A stretch of 64,000 nt of DNA from an uncultured Microbacteriaceae bacterium. Lineage in GTDB: Bacteria > Actinomycetota > Actinomycetes > Actinomycetales > Microbacteriaceae. The position numbers and the translations under genes are program-made. Below the pieces are notes generated by a model that was not told where the DNA came from, did no database searches, and worked only from the letters and a program-made list of their open reading frames with translations. Location of the stretch: contig CAJAKC010000032.1 in assembly GCA_903940225.1 (NCBI GenBank), positions 26,171 to 90,170 of the forward strand. Direction: 5' to 3'. Of the stretch, positions 47,666-56,527 are shown piece by piece; position 1 is the first letter of the stretch, and each line of letters starts with the position of its first letter.

Positions 47666-48363
47666 AACGTTTCGCGCGGAACGGTGACGAGCCGCAACCC
47701 GAGTTCGTGGACCGGCAGGTCAATCGCGTGAGCCGTTGCCGGTAGTTCGCCGACACGATTTCCCACGAGGAATTTGCCGGAGTTTCCGAGGAGGATTCGA
47801 CCAGTGTTTGTCACGAGAGCGGCATCGGCGTCAATGCGGCGAAGCAGCGCCATCAGTGCAGATTCCAGCGAGCGAATTTCGATGTCGCAGCCGGCCGCGC
47901 CGATGATATTTCCGTCGAGCCGAAAGGGGACCGTAACCGTGATGATGTACTTGTCCATTCCCAGATAGTCGACGTAGGGTCCGGTGAGTGTTGGGCGTCC
48001 CGTGTCGACGACGTTTCGAAACCACTCAAGACTCTCGAAATCGTAGAAGCCAGCGGTTTGCGGGTTGAGCGTCACCAGCAAACGACTTGTGGTGTTGCCG
48101 GTCGCGCGAACCCACCACTCGACAGCACCCTCGACTCCGACGATTCCCGGTTGAATCACGACGCCGGCACCTTCGCACACGCGGTGCTTGCCGAGGAAAG
48201 CCTCAGCGGCGGGTTTCACCGCGAGAAAATCCTGTGTGGCGAGAGGAGGACGACCACCCGCGCCCTGAAGTGTCCGCTCGACACCCCGTGCGAGTTCATC
48301 GAGGTCGGAGTAGACGTCAGTGAACCAGGCGGTTAGTCCCTCGACAATTTCTGTTGTGATCAC
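47662..48363 (-). CDS. soluble Cache/PDC-fold ligand-binding domain protein with no output domain
   Basis: 233 aa, no TM segment. TLTGPYVDYLGMDKYIITVTVPF and IGAAGCDIEI resemble Cache-domain core strands. GTGA overlap with the upstream GntR gene. Confidence 0.55.
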   Translation of the reverse strand: MITTEIVEGLTAWFTDVYSDLDELARGVERTLQGAGGRPPLATQDFLAVKPAAEAFLGKHRVCEGAGVVIQPGIVGVEGAVEWWVRATGNTTSRLLVTLNPQTAGFYDFESLEWFRNVVDTGRPTLTGPYVDYLGMDKYIITVTVPFRLDGNIIGAAGCDIEIRSLESALMALLRRIDADAALVTNTGRILLGNSGKFLVGNRVGELPATAHAIDLPVHELGLRLVTVPRETF

Positions 48364-49163
48364 CTCGCACCACCCGTCGGGTACATCGAGTTGAGCCGGT
48401 GTTCAACGATGCGGTAGGTGTTTCGTGTGATGTGCTCGCGCACTCCACTCTGTGCGGCGGTGACATCGCCCTTGCGCAGTGCCGCAACGATCGCGCGATG
48501 GTCGGCCGCCGCCCATGCGCGGTCGGCGGTGGGATCGAGGACCGACCACAGAATCTCGGCGGATTCGCTCAGCAAGCGCATTTCGGTCTGGACGAGTCGC
48601 TCGGATTGGGCAAGGACCGCGAGCTCGATGTGGAATCGCGAATCGGCCCACACACACGCCTCGGTGGAATCGGCAGCCCCAACCAGCCCGGCGATCGCCT
48701 CGAGCCGATCAAAATCGTGGTCGGACGCGCGTTCGACCGCCAGCCGCACTGCCGCCATCCCGTTCGATGCTTGTTCGTCCGACATATCGCGCAATTCCGC
48801 CATCGACAGGTTGACGAGTCTCGTGAGGAGCTGGTCTGCGTTCGGCACCGGGGTGCCGACGATGAACGTGCCGCCACTTCGTCCACGACGGGTTTCGATA
48901 ATCCCCTGGTCGCGAAGCGTTTGGAGTGCGTCACGGACGGTTGCAGTCGCGACTCCGAACATGGCGGTGAGTTTGTTTTCGGCCGGGAGTTTTTCACCGT
49001 GTCGAAGCAGCCCAAGAATTATGGCGGTCGTGAGTCGGTCGACGATGGCGTCTGCTCGGAGAACGTCGGGAAGTGGTCTGAAGACCTGCGACTGCACCCC
49101 GGAGAGCTGACCCACTGTGAACCTGACCTGTCTTCGGACGATTCGACGAATCGTTGTTGTCAC
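48360..49163 (-). CDS. GntR-family transcriptional regulator with FCD (FadR C-terminal) domain
   Basis: wHTH LPAENKLTAMFGVATATVRDALQTLRDQGIIETRRGRSGGTFIV followed by an all-helical FCD-like domain. Confidence 0.85.
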   Translation of the reverse strand: MTTTIRRIVRRQVRFTVGQLSGVQSQVFRPLPDVLRADAIVDRLTTAIILGLLRHGEKLPAENKLTAMFGVATATVRDALQTLRDQGIIETRRGRSGGTFIVGTPVPNADQLLTRLVNLSMAELRDMSDEQASNGMAAVRLAVERASDHDFDRLEAIAGLVGAADSTEACVWADSRFHIELAVLAQSERLVQTEMRLLSESAEILWSVLDPTADRAWAAADHRAIVAALRKGDVTAAQSGVREHITRNTYRIVEHRLNSMYPTGGAR

Positions 49164-49224
49164 GCTACTAAATAATCCCGCATCCGTAAATCATTCAGAC
49201 CCGAACGAGTAGCAGAATAGAGAT

Positions 49225-50592
49225 ATGCCTTATGCAACAACCAACCCCGCCACCGGAGTCGTCGAGCGCGAGTTTCCGAGTGCAACGTCCGCAGACGTTG
49301 CCGCCGCAATTTCTCGCGCTCACAGCGCTCACGTGGAATGGCGTGAGTGGAGCGTCACGGACCGCGCCAAGGTGCTCGCCACCGTTGCCGCGCTGTACGA
49401 CGAGCGCAAAGAGGAGCTCGCCGACATCATTGCGCGCGAAATGGGTAAGCCCGTCCGCCAGGGTCGCGGCGAAGCGTGGTTCGCCGGTGAGATTTACAAG
49501 TTTTATGCCGAGCACGGCCCAGCGCACCTCGTTGACGAAGACCTCCACCCGATGTCGGGAGGACAGGCCATTGTTCGCTCGGCACCACTCGGAGTTCTTC
49601 TCGGAATCATGCCCTGGAATTATCCGTACTACCAGGTCGCTCGATTCGCCGGCCCGAACCTTTTGCTGGGAAACACCATCCTCCTCAAGCACGCGAGCAA
49701 CTGCCCCGAGTCTGCCCTGGCGCAAGAGAAACTCTTCCGTGACGCCGGATTACCTGACGGCGCGTACATCAATCTGTTTGTGGACTCGAAAGACATCGAA
49801 GCGGTCATCGCTGATCCGCGCGTTCACGGCGTTTCACTGACGGGTTCGGAAAAAGCGGGAGCCGCCGTTGCGGCAGCCGCCGGACGTTCGCTCACCAAGG
49901 TCGTGCTGGAACTCGGCGGCAGTGATCCGTTCATTGTTCTTGACGACAGCAACCTCGACGAGACCGTTGCGGCGGCGGCATCGGGTCGCATGAGCAATGC
50001 GGGTCAGGCGTGCACAGCGGCCAAAAGATTCATCATTCTCGATTCTGTGTACGACCGGTTCATTGAGGCGTTCGCGGCGAAGCTAAAGACCTACGTTGCC
50101 GGCGACCCGCTCGACCCCGGGACGAACTTCGGTCCACTGTCGTCCTATTCCGCTGTCGTCGAATTGTTGGAACAGGTCGAAGACGCCGTGAGCAAAGGCG
50201 CGACACTCGTCACGGGCGGTCACCGAATCGGCGAGGTCGGCGCTTTCATGGAACCGACGCTCCTCGCAAACGTCACGCCCGACATGAGGGCATTCCACGA
50301 AGAATTGTTTGGACCCGTCGCCGTTGTCTATCGCGTCACGGACAAGGATGAGGCGATTGCCCTGGCGAACGCCTCGGAGTTTGGACTGTCGGCAGCGGTG
50401 TTTGGTTCCGACGCGAACGACACTCGGTACGTGGCCGACCGACTCGACTGCGGAATGGTCTACATCAACGAAAACACGGACTCGCACGTCGATCTGCCGT
50501 TCGGGGGAGTCAAGAAGTCGGGCTTCGGGCGCGAACTCGGCAAGTTCGGGTTTGACGAGTTCGTCAACAAAAAGCTCATCCGCACCTCGTAG
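49225..50592 (+). CDS. NAD(P)-dependent aldehyde dehydrogenase (455-aa GabD-like clade)
   Basis: VLELGGSDPF (Glu), NAGQACTAAKRF (Cys), EELFGPV. Confidence 0.85.
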   Translation: MPYATTNPATGVVEREFPSATSADVAAAISRAHSAHVEWREWSVTDRAKVLATVAALYDERKEELADIIAREMGKPVRQGRGEAWFAGEIYKFYAEHGPAHLVDEDLHPMSGGQAIVRSAPLGVLLGIMPWNYPYYQVARFAGPNLLLGNTILLKHASNCPESALAQEKLFRDAGLPDGAYINLFVDSKDIEAVIADPRVHGVSLTGSEKAGAAVAAAAGRSLTKVVLELGGSDPFIVLDDSNLDETVAAAASGRMSNAGQACTAAKRFIILDSVYDRFIEAFAAKLKTYVAGDPLDPGTNFGPLSSYSAVVELLEQVEDAVSKGATLVTGGHRIGEVGAFMEPTLLANVTPDMRAFHEELFGPVAVVYRVTDKDEAIALANASEFGLSAAVFGSDANDTRYVADRLDCGMVYINENTDSHVDLPFGGVKKSGFGRELGKFGFDEFVNKKLIRTS

Positions 50593-50603
50593 CTGGGGAT
50601 AAA
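50592..50603 (+). promoter_or_regulatory. pilus/envelope box copy 3 (GCTGGGGATAAA)
   Basis: Starts at the last base of the ALDH stop codon. Ends 38 nt before GTG 50642. GACGAT hexamer at 50630-50635. Confidence 0.5.
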
Positions 50604-50641
50604 GCGCACGAGCGTCGGAGCGGCCAACCGACGATGGTGGC

Positions 50642-51067
50642 GTGCAGCCGTCAGAACGTGGATCCGCAAGCCTCGAGTTTGTGGTCGTCGCGCTCGGAGT
50701 ACTGATTCCGATACTCGCGGTAACGGTGTCGACAACCGCAATTCAGCACGCGCAATTCGCTACCACCGAGATTTCCCGGCAAGGCGTGCGCGCTCTCGCG
50801 CTCGCCGCAAACACGACCGCGGGCAACCGTGCGATTCGTCGCATCGCCCGGCTCACACTCGCCGATTTCGGCATAACCCAATCCGCGCGATTCACGATTG
50901 CGTGCACTCCGCAGCCCTGTGGCGGTTACGGGTCGCTCTATCGGTTGACCACGACCGTCACGGTTCCCCTCGCGATGATTCCCGCGCTTCCCGGTCTCGA
51001 CGTGCTCACGCGAATCCCGGTTTCGGCGACCGCCACCCACCGAGCACCGCTGCCGGTGACGCCGTGA
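50642..51067 (+). CDS. TadE-like pseudopilin
   Basis: N-terminus (M)QPSERGSASLEFVVVALGVLIPIL is the TadE signature. Confidence 0.65.
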   Translation: MQPSERGSASLEFVVVALGVLIPILAVTVSTTAIQHAQFATTEISRQGVRALALAANTTAGNRAIRRIARLTLADFGITQSARFTIACTPQPCGGYGSLYRLTTTVTVPLAMIPALPGLDVLTRIPVSATATHRAPLPVTP

Positions 51068-51477
51068 GCGAAAAGGGATCGATACTTCCCCTCGTGGCGG
51101 GGTTGCTCGCGTTGTGCGGGGTTTTTGTCGTCGCGGCCGTGGACTCGACCGACCTCGCCATTGCCCGGACGCAATTGCAGTCGATTGCCGACGGAGCCGC
51201 ACTGGCAGCGGCACAGTCGATCACCCCGGGCAACGCGACGGTTTCGAACGACCGGCTGGTTATCGCACTCACGCCGGCGACGATCCGAAGCGCGGCGCGG
51301 CAGTATGTTCGCGACACGGCCGTGCCCGGAGTCCGACTGAGTGCGGCAACCACGCCAGACGGTCGAACCGCCATCGTCACCGTGACTCGCGTCTGGCGCG
51401 CACCCATCGACAGCGACTTGCTTCCGCTTCGACTGCGGCTGACCGCAACCGCCCGCGCGCGAACCATCTTCGGTTGA
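51064..51477 (+). CDS. TadE/Rv3654c-family pilus assembly protein
   Basis: In-frame GTG 51064 (GTGA overlap) gives VSEKGSILPLVAGLLALCGVFVVAAVDSTDLAIARTQLQSIADGAALAAA, the remembered Rv3654c-family pattern. Confidence 0.6.
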   Translation: MSEKGSILPLVAGLLALCGVFVVAAVDSTDLAIARTQLQSIADGAALAAAQSITPGNATVSNDRLVIALTPATIRSAARQYVRDTAVPGVRLSAATTPDGRTAIVTVTRVWRAPIDSDLLPLRLRLTATARARTIFG

Positions 51478-51502
51478 GGGCGTTCGATAGTCTGGTGTTC
51501 TC

Positions 51503-52606
51503 ATGATTGCTCTCGATGTGTCGGACCGTATCGCCGCGATTCGCGGTTCCTTCGCCGACATCGTCAGCGTCGTCGATGTGCCGACGCTCGAGGCGACCAT
51601 CGCCGACTTGTCGGAGAAGGCCGGCGCGACGGACCTGTGGGACGACACCGAGGCCGCACAGAAGGTGACGAGTGCGCTGTCTCACGCTCAAACCCAACGC
51701 ACCAGAATTCATGACGTTCAGCAACGGCTCGACGACCTTGATGTGCTCCTCGACATGGCGAAAGAGGCCGACGATGACGATTCGGCGCGCGAAGTGTTGT
51801 CGGAACTCGGCGAACTGGAAAAACTCATCGGCGAGATGGAGGTGCAGACGCTCCTCGACGGCGAGTACGACGCGCTACCCGCGCTCATCACCATCCGCTC
51901 GGGAGCCGGTGGCGTCGACGCCGCCGACTTTGCTGAAATGTTGCTGCGCATGTACGTGCGCTGGGCGGAACAACACAAACACTCGGTTCAGATTCTGGAC
52001 ATTTCTTATGCGGAAGAGGCCGGCATCAAGTCGGCGACAATCGAAATCGACGCACCGTTCGCGTTCGGGGTTCTCTCCGTGGAGGCGGGAACCCACCGAC
52101 TCGTTCGGATGAGCCCGTTCAATTCGGCGGGCAAACGCCAGACGTCGTTTGCGGCGGTCGAGGTCGTGCCGTTGCTGGCTCAAGTTGCCGCAATCGACAT
52201 TCCCGACTCGGATATTCGCGTGGACGTTTTCCGTTCGTCGGGCCCGGGTGGTCAATCGGTGAACACGACCGACTCGGCCGTTCGCATCACCCACTTGCCG
52301 TCGGGGATTGTCGTCTCGTGTCAAAACGAGAAGAGTCAGATTCAGAACCGCGCCGCGGCACTGCGCGTCCTCGCCAGCCGACTGTTGTTGGTGCAGCGCG
52401 AAGAGGAAGCGAAGAAGAAAAAGGAACTCGCGGGAGTAATCACGGCGTCGTGGGGCGACCAGATGCGCTCCTATGTTCTCGCCCCGTATCAAATGGTAAA
52501 AGACCTGCGAACGGACTACGAAGTGAACAATCCGAGTGCGGTTTTCGACGGCGATCTGGACGGGTTCATCGCCGCAGGAATCCGCTGGCGCAAGCGCGCC
52601 ACGTAA
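51503..52606 (+). CDS. prfB: peptide chain release factor 2
   Basis: SPF tripeptide (RMSPFNS) and GGQ (SGPGGQSVNTTDSAVRITH). Single uninterrupted frame. Confidence 0.92.
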   Translation: MIALDVSDRIAAIRGSFADIVSVVDVPTLEATIADLSEKAGATDLWDDTEAAQKVTSALSHAQTQRTRIHDVQQRLDDLDVLLDMAKEADDDDSAREVLSELGELEKLIGEMEVQTLLDGEYDALPALITIRSGAGGVDAADFAEMLLRMYVRWAEQHKHSVQILDISYAEEAGIKSATIEIDAPFAFGVLSVEAGTHRLVRMSPFNSAGKRQTSFAAVEVVPLLAQVAAIDIPDSDIRVDVFRSSGPGGQSVNTTDSAVRITHLPSGIVVSCQNEKSQIQNRAAALRVLASRLLLVQREEEAKKKKELAGVITASWGDQMRSYVLAPYQMVKDLRTDYEVNNPSAVFDGDLDGFIAAGIRWRKRAT

Positions 52607-52662
52607 GACGGCGGGTGTCGTTCCCGCCCCCTCGGAATGCGCGCGTTTAGGCTACATACACA

Positions 52663-53520
52663 ATGATTCGCTTCGACGGGGTTTCCAAGCAGTATCGGTC
52701 GGGCAACCGTCCCGCCCTTCACGACGCGACCCTTCAGGTAAAGCCGGGCGAGTTCGTCTTCCTTGTCGGCGCTTCCGGCTCGGGAAAATCCTCGTTTTTG
52801 CGACTGATTTTGCGGGAAGAGCGAGCCAGTTCCGGGCAGATTCACGTGCTCGGTCAGGATTTGGGGCGATTGTCCAACCGCAAGGTTCCTCATTACCGTC
52901 GCAACCTTGGTGTTGTGTTTCAAGACTTCCGTCTGTTGCCAACCAAGACCGTCTTCGACAACGTCGCGTTCGCCCTTCGCGTTCTCGGAAAGTCGGAGGC
53001 GTTCATTCACGACGCCGTCCCCGAGGTACTCGGTCTAGTCGGGTTGGGTAATAAAGAAAACCGTCTGCCACACGAACTGTCCGGTGGTGAACAGCAACGT
53101 GTTGCTATCGCACGCGCGGTCGTCAACAAACCCGCCATCCTGCTCGCCGATGAGCCGACGGGAAACCTCGACCCGACCACGTCAAACGGAATCATGGACG
53201 TTCTGCGCAACATCAACGCCGCCGGCACAACCGTTCTCATGGCGACCCACGACACCGCGATCGTTAATCGCATGCAAAAACGCGTCGTCGAACTGAGCGA
53301 AGGGCGCATCATCCGCGACGAGGCATCGGGAAGTTACGTCACCACCGCGCACGACATCATCGTGCTGGACGAGAGCACTCTGCAGCGCGCGGATTCCCAA
53401 CCGATCGCGCTCGAGCCCCTTGACTTTGACCCCATTCCCGCCTTTGACCCCATGTCGCCGACAAGCGAAGCACTCGACCTGTCCTATCTCGACCGGATGA
53501 GGGACGAGGACCCCCTGTGA
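52663..53520 (+). CDS. ftsE: cell division ATP-binding protein FtsE with about 55-aa acidic C-terminal extension
   Basis: [34 protein letters not shown]; followed by ftsX with a 4-nt overlap. Confidence 0.9.
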   Translation: MIRFDGVSKQYRSGNRPALHDATLQVKPGEFVFLVGASGSGKSSFLRLILREERASSGQIHVLGQDLGRLSNRKVPHYRRNLGVVFQDFRLLPTKTVFDNVAFALRVLGKSEAFIHDAVPEVLGLVGLGNKENRLPHELSGGEQQRVAIARAVVNKPAILLADEPTGNLDPTTSNGIMDVLRNINAAGTTVLMATHDTAIVNRMQKRVVELSEGRIIRDEASGSYVTTAHDIIVLDESTLQRADSQPIALEPLDFDPIPAFDPMSPTSEALDLSYLDRMRDEDPL

Positions 53521-54431
53521 GTCTGAACTTCGTCCTCATCGAGGCCTGGAACGGGTTGCGGCGCAACGTGTCGATGGTGGTTTCCGTGGTACTCGTGACA
53601 CTCGTTTCGTTGACTTTCGTTGGCTCAGCGGTGTTGCTGCAGCTGCAGGTTCAATCGATGAAGTCGTTCTGGTACGACAAGGCGCAAGTCGCCGTGTATC
53701 TCTGCACCGAATACTCGGCGCTCGGCCAGTGTGACCAGGCCGAAGCGAGCGCAGAACAGATCGCCGCCGTTGAAGCGCAATTGAATTCGGCGACGCTCAC
53801 CCCGTACATCGACAAGTTCTATTTCGAGACCCACGACGACGCGTATGCGAACTTCGTTGAGCAGTTCAAGGGCAGCGGTGTGGTCGACCTCGTGACCCCC
53901 GACCTGCTGCCGCAAACGTTCTGGGTCAACCTGAAAGACCCGACCCAATCCGCGATCATCTTTGAGGCGGTCGGTGGCATGTCTGGCGTCGAATCCGTCG
54001 TCGACCAGAGGTCGTATCTGGAGGGGATCTTTTCGATGCTCAACGCCGCAAGTCTGACCGCGGTGGGAATCGCCGCGCTGATGCTCGTTGCCGCTGCGCT
54101 GCTCATCGCCACGACCATTCGGTTGTCGGCGTTCTCACGCCGGCGTGAACTCGCCATCATGCGATTGGTTGGCGCGTCCAACTGGTTTATTCAAACCCCG
54201 TTCATCCTCGAAGGTGTCGTCGCGGCGACCGTCGGTTCACTGCTTGCCTGTGGCGCAATCGCGGGAATCGTTGTGTTCTTTGTCGGCGGATTCCTCCAAT
54301 CCTCGTTGCCGACCACGTCGTTCATCCAGCTGTCCGATTCGCTGATTGTCTTCCCCGTTTTGTTGGGGCTGGGCGCGCTCTTGGCCGCGACCAGTGCCTA
54401 CGTTGCCATTTCTCGCTACCTTCGCGTGTAG
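53517..54431 (+). CDS. ftsX: cell division permease-like protein FtsX
   Basis: N-terminal TM, extracytoplasmic domain, three C-terminal TM helices; position after ftsE. Confidence 0.85.
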   Translation: MSLNFVLIEAWNGLRRNVSMVVSVVLVTLVSLTFVGSAVLLQLQVQSMKSFWYDKAQVAVYLCTEYSALGQCDQAEASAEQIAAVEAQLNSATLTPYIDKFYFETHDDAYANFVEQFKGSGVVDLVTPDLLPQTFWVNLKDPTQSAIIFEAVGGMSGVESVVDQRSYLEGIFSMLNAASLTAVGIAALMLVAAALLIATTIRLSAFSRRRELAIMRLVGASNWFIQTPFILEGVVAATVGSLLACGAIAGIVVFFVGGFLQSSLPTTSFIQLSDSLIVFPVLLGLGALLAATSAYVAISRYLRV

Positions 54432-54486
54432 TCCACGATAAACTGGAGGGCTGGGGCTCACCGGGAACAAGGGAAGGGGGTGCGCC

Positions 54487-54957
54487 ATGCCACGGGAAGA
54501 GGGCGAGAAAATCGTCGCGTCGAATCGCAAGGCGCGCCACGACTTCCACATCGAGGACACGTTTGAGTGCGGCCTCGTTCTGACCGGTACCGAAGTCAAG
54601 GCGCTGCGCCTGGGCAAAGCGTCGCTCGTTGACGGGTGGGCGCAAATCGTTGATGGTGAAATGTGGATGGAATCTGTCCACATCCCCGAGTACACCCAGG
54701 GCACGTGGACGAACCACGCGACCCGTCGCAAACGCAAACTGTTGCTGCACCGTGCCGAGATCGTCAAAATTTCGCACCGTGTCAAAGATGGCGGATACAC
54801 GCTCGTCCCGTTGAAGATTTATTTCCTGGACGGACGCGCCAAAGTCGAACTGGCTATTGCCAAGGGCAAGAAGGATTACGACAAGCGCCAGACGCTCAAA
54901 GAGCGCGAAGACAAGCGCGAAGCAGATCGCGCGATGAAATCGAAGACGTACCGGTAA
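54487..54957 (+). CDS. smpB: SsrA-binding protein
   Basis: [29 protein letters not shown] and the basic C-terminal tail; adjacent to the tmRNA. Confidence 0.92.
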   Translation: MPREEGEKIVASNRKARHDFHIEDTFECGLVLTGTEVKALRLGKASLVDGWAQIVDGEMWMESVHIPEYTQGTWTNHATRRKRKLLLHRAEIVKISHRVKDGGYTLVPLKIYFLDGRAKVELAIAKGKKDYDKRQTLKEREDKREADRAMKSKTYR

Positions 54958-55050
54958 GGAATAAATCGTCACTGGTCAGACTTACACTAGAGAAGTCGCA
55001 ATCGCGACGACTGAAAACTCCATAGCGTGGAATGTGACCCGCCCCCACTT

Positions 55051-55424
55051 GGGGATGATCGGTTTCGACAGTGTGTTCTAAGTCGGAGAGAAGCGGGTCG
55101 AGGATGCAGGGTTATCTCGTTAACGCCCCTTGCAAACCAATAGGTGCCAACGCTAAGCGCACCGACTTCGCTCTCGCCGCCTAATAAGCCGCTATCGAAG
55201 TCCGTCAGACCGGGTTCGCCTTCGACCCGGACCCTGGCGCAATTGAGAAGGCTTGCTGTTGCCCCGTGTTTCAGGAGGTAGCAGGACATTTACTGAGACT
55301 GGGCTTGTCGATCTAGGTGCCTCAACCAAAGTTCGGAGCCGAGTAGAACGATTGTGAGGATACACCCGTAGAAGACTTCGGCTGTTCATATTGGACGGGG
55401 GTTCAATTCCCCCCATCTCCACCA
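55051..55424 (+). ncRNA. ssrA: tmRNA (ssrA)
   Basis: 5' GGGGATGATCGGTTTCGAC and 3' GGACGGGGGTTCAATTCCCCCCATCTCCACCA form the tRNA-like domain. Tag ORF GCC AAC GCT AAG CGC ACC GAC TTC GCT CTC GCC GCC TAA TAA at 55146-55187 encodes ANAKRTDFALAA. Confidence 0.88.
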
Positions 55425-55505
55425 TTTGGTTGGTCGCATTCCACGCTCTGGTCACCACTGACGGGGTGTTTGCGGTTCCGAACTCATTGGCGATGGAGGT
55501 TCACG

Positions 55506-55766
55506 GTGGATTCAACAGTTTTCGCGCTGTTTGTGCTCGGCATCTTTGCGTTGCCGTTCATCGCACAGAAGTGGTCGCTCATTGCGTCGTACGCGATCGG
55601 CGGACTTATTGCCGCTTATGGTGTCGCATCGATTGTCGGGAGTTTCATCGAACAAAATCATCTCTCAGGGCTCGCCCAGGTTATCGGCGCAATCGCTTTT
55701 GCCATCGGCATGGGTATCGTTGTACTTGCCCGAGTCTTGTATCGACGCAAACACCAACCACGATAG
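55506..55766 (+). CDS. small three-TM membrane protein, unknown function
   Basis: GTG 55506 preceded by GGAGG at 6-nt spacing. Three hydrophobic helices and a basic C-terminus. Confidence 0.45.
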   Translation: MDSTVFALFVLGIFALPFIAQKWSLIASYAIGGLIAAYGVASIVGSFIEQNHLSGLAQVIGAIAFAIGMGIVVLARVLYRRKHQPR

Positions 55767-55773
55767 GAACCCC

Positions 55774-56157
55774 ATGTCATTCGGCGACGCAATCAAAAGC
55801 TTTTTCACGAAGTACGTCACGTTCAGTGGCCGCGCTCGCCGCAGCGAGTACTGGTATTCGGTCCTGTTCACAACGCTTGTCAGCACTGTCATCATGATTA
55901 TCTGGCCCGGCAGCGTCGAATACATCGGCGAGATCGCGGTTCAACGTGCCTCCGGATTCTCCGACCTGTGGTCGCTCGCCATTCTCTTGCCCTCACTGGC
56001 GATCACGTGGCGCCGCCTGCACGACATTGGCCGCAAGGGCACCTACATCTTCTTCGCCCTGATCCCCATCGTCGGAATCATCATGTTGATTGTTCAACTC
56101 GCGAAAGACAGCCAGCCGGGTGCCAACGCGTTCGGCGAACCCGTCAAGCCGGCTTAG
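55774..56157 (+). CDS. DUF805 family membrane protein
   Basis: MSFGDAIKSFFTKYVTFSGRARRSEYWYSVLF and ITWRRLHDIGRKG are DUF805 hallmarks. Internal ATG 55774. Confidence 0.7.
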   Translation: MSFGDAIKSFFTKYVTFSGRARRSEYWYSVLFTTLVSTVIMIIWPGSVEYIGEIAVQRASGFSDLWSLAILLPSLAITWRRLHDIGRKGTYIFFALIPIVGIIMLIVQLAKDSQPGANAFGEPVKPA

Positions 56158-56206
56158 CTGTTCCCTTAAACCAATACGACGACTCTTCTCGGGTATTGTC
56201 AGAACC

Positions 56207-56503
56207 ATGGCAACAAATGAATCAGCGTCCGAGAGTGCACTTCGGGCACTCGCCGTTAAGTCGCTCAAGAAGAAGCGGGATGCTCGCGAGTTCTTGATCG
56301 TCACAATTGTGGTGAACGCAATCCTGGTTGGTGTGTGGTGGCTAACAACCCCAACCGGTTACTTCTGGCCAATGTGGGTCTTGTTCGGAATGGGAATCGG
56401 TGTCATGTTCGCCTATATCGATGCGTATGTGCGGCCATTCGCGCAGCCGATGTCTGAGCAGGACATCGAAATCGAAATCGCAAAAATTACAAAATCTCGC
56501 TAA
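56207..56503 (+). CDS. 2TM-domain small membrane protein
   Basis: KKKRDAREFLIVTIVVNAILVGVWWL...YFWPMWVLFGMGIGV pattern. Internal ATG 56207. Confidence 0.55.
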   Translation: MATNESASESALRALAVKSLKKKRDAREFLIVTIVVNAILVGVWWLTTPTGYFWPMWVLFGMGIGVMFAYIDAYVRPFAQPMSEQDIEIEIAKITKSR

Positions 56504-56527
56504 CCACTTTGTCGTGAGGCCCCTGTT

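Noticed and set aside
51503-52606. Looked for the programmed +1 frameshift site (CUU UGA C) known from many prfB genes.
   Set aside because: The RF2 frame is continuous from the start codon to the GGQ/SPF domains, and no in-frame early UGA was seen. This is ordinary for actinobacteria.
52608-52630. A GC-rich hairpin GGCGGG-N7-CCCGCC after prfB as a terminator.
   Set aside because: The stem is only 6 bp and has no U-tract, which is too weak to call with confidence.
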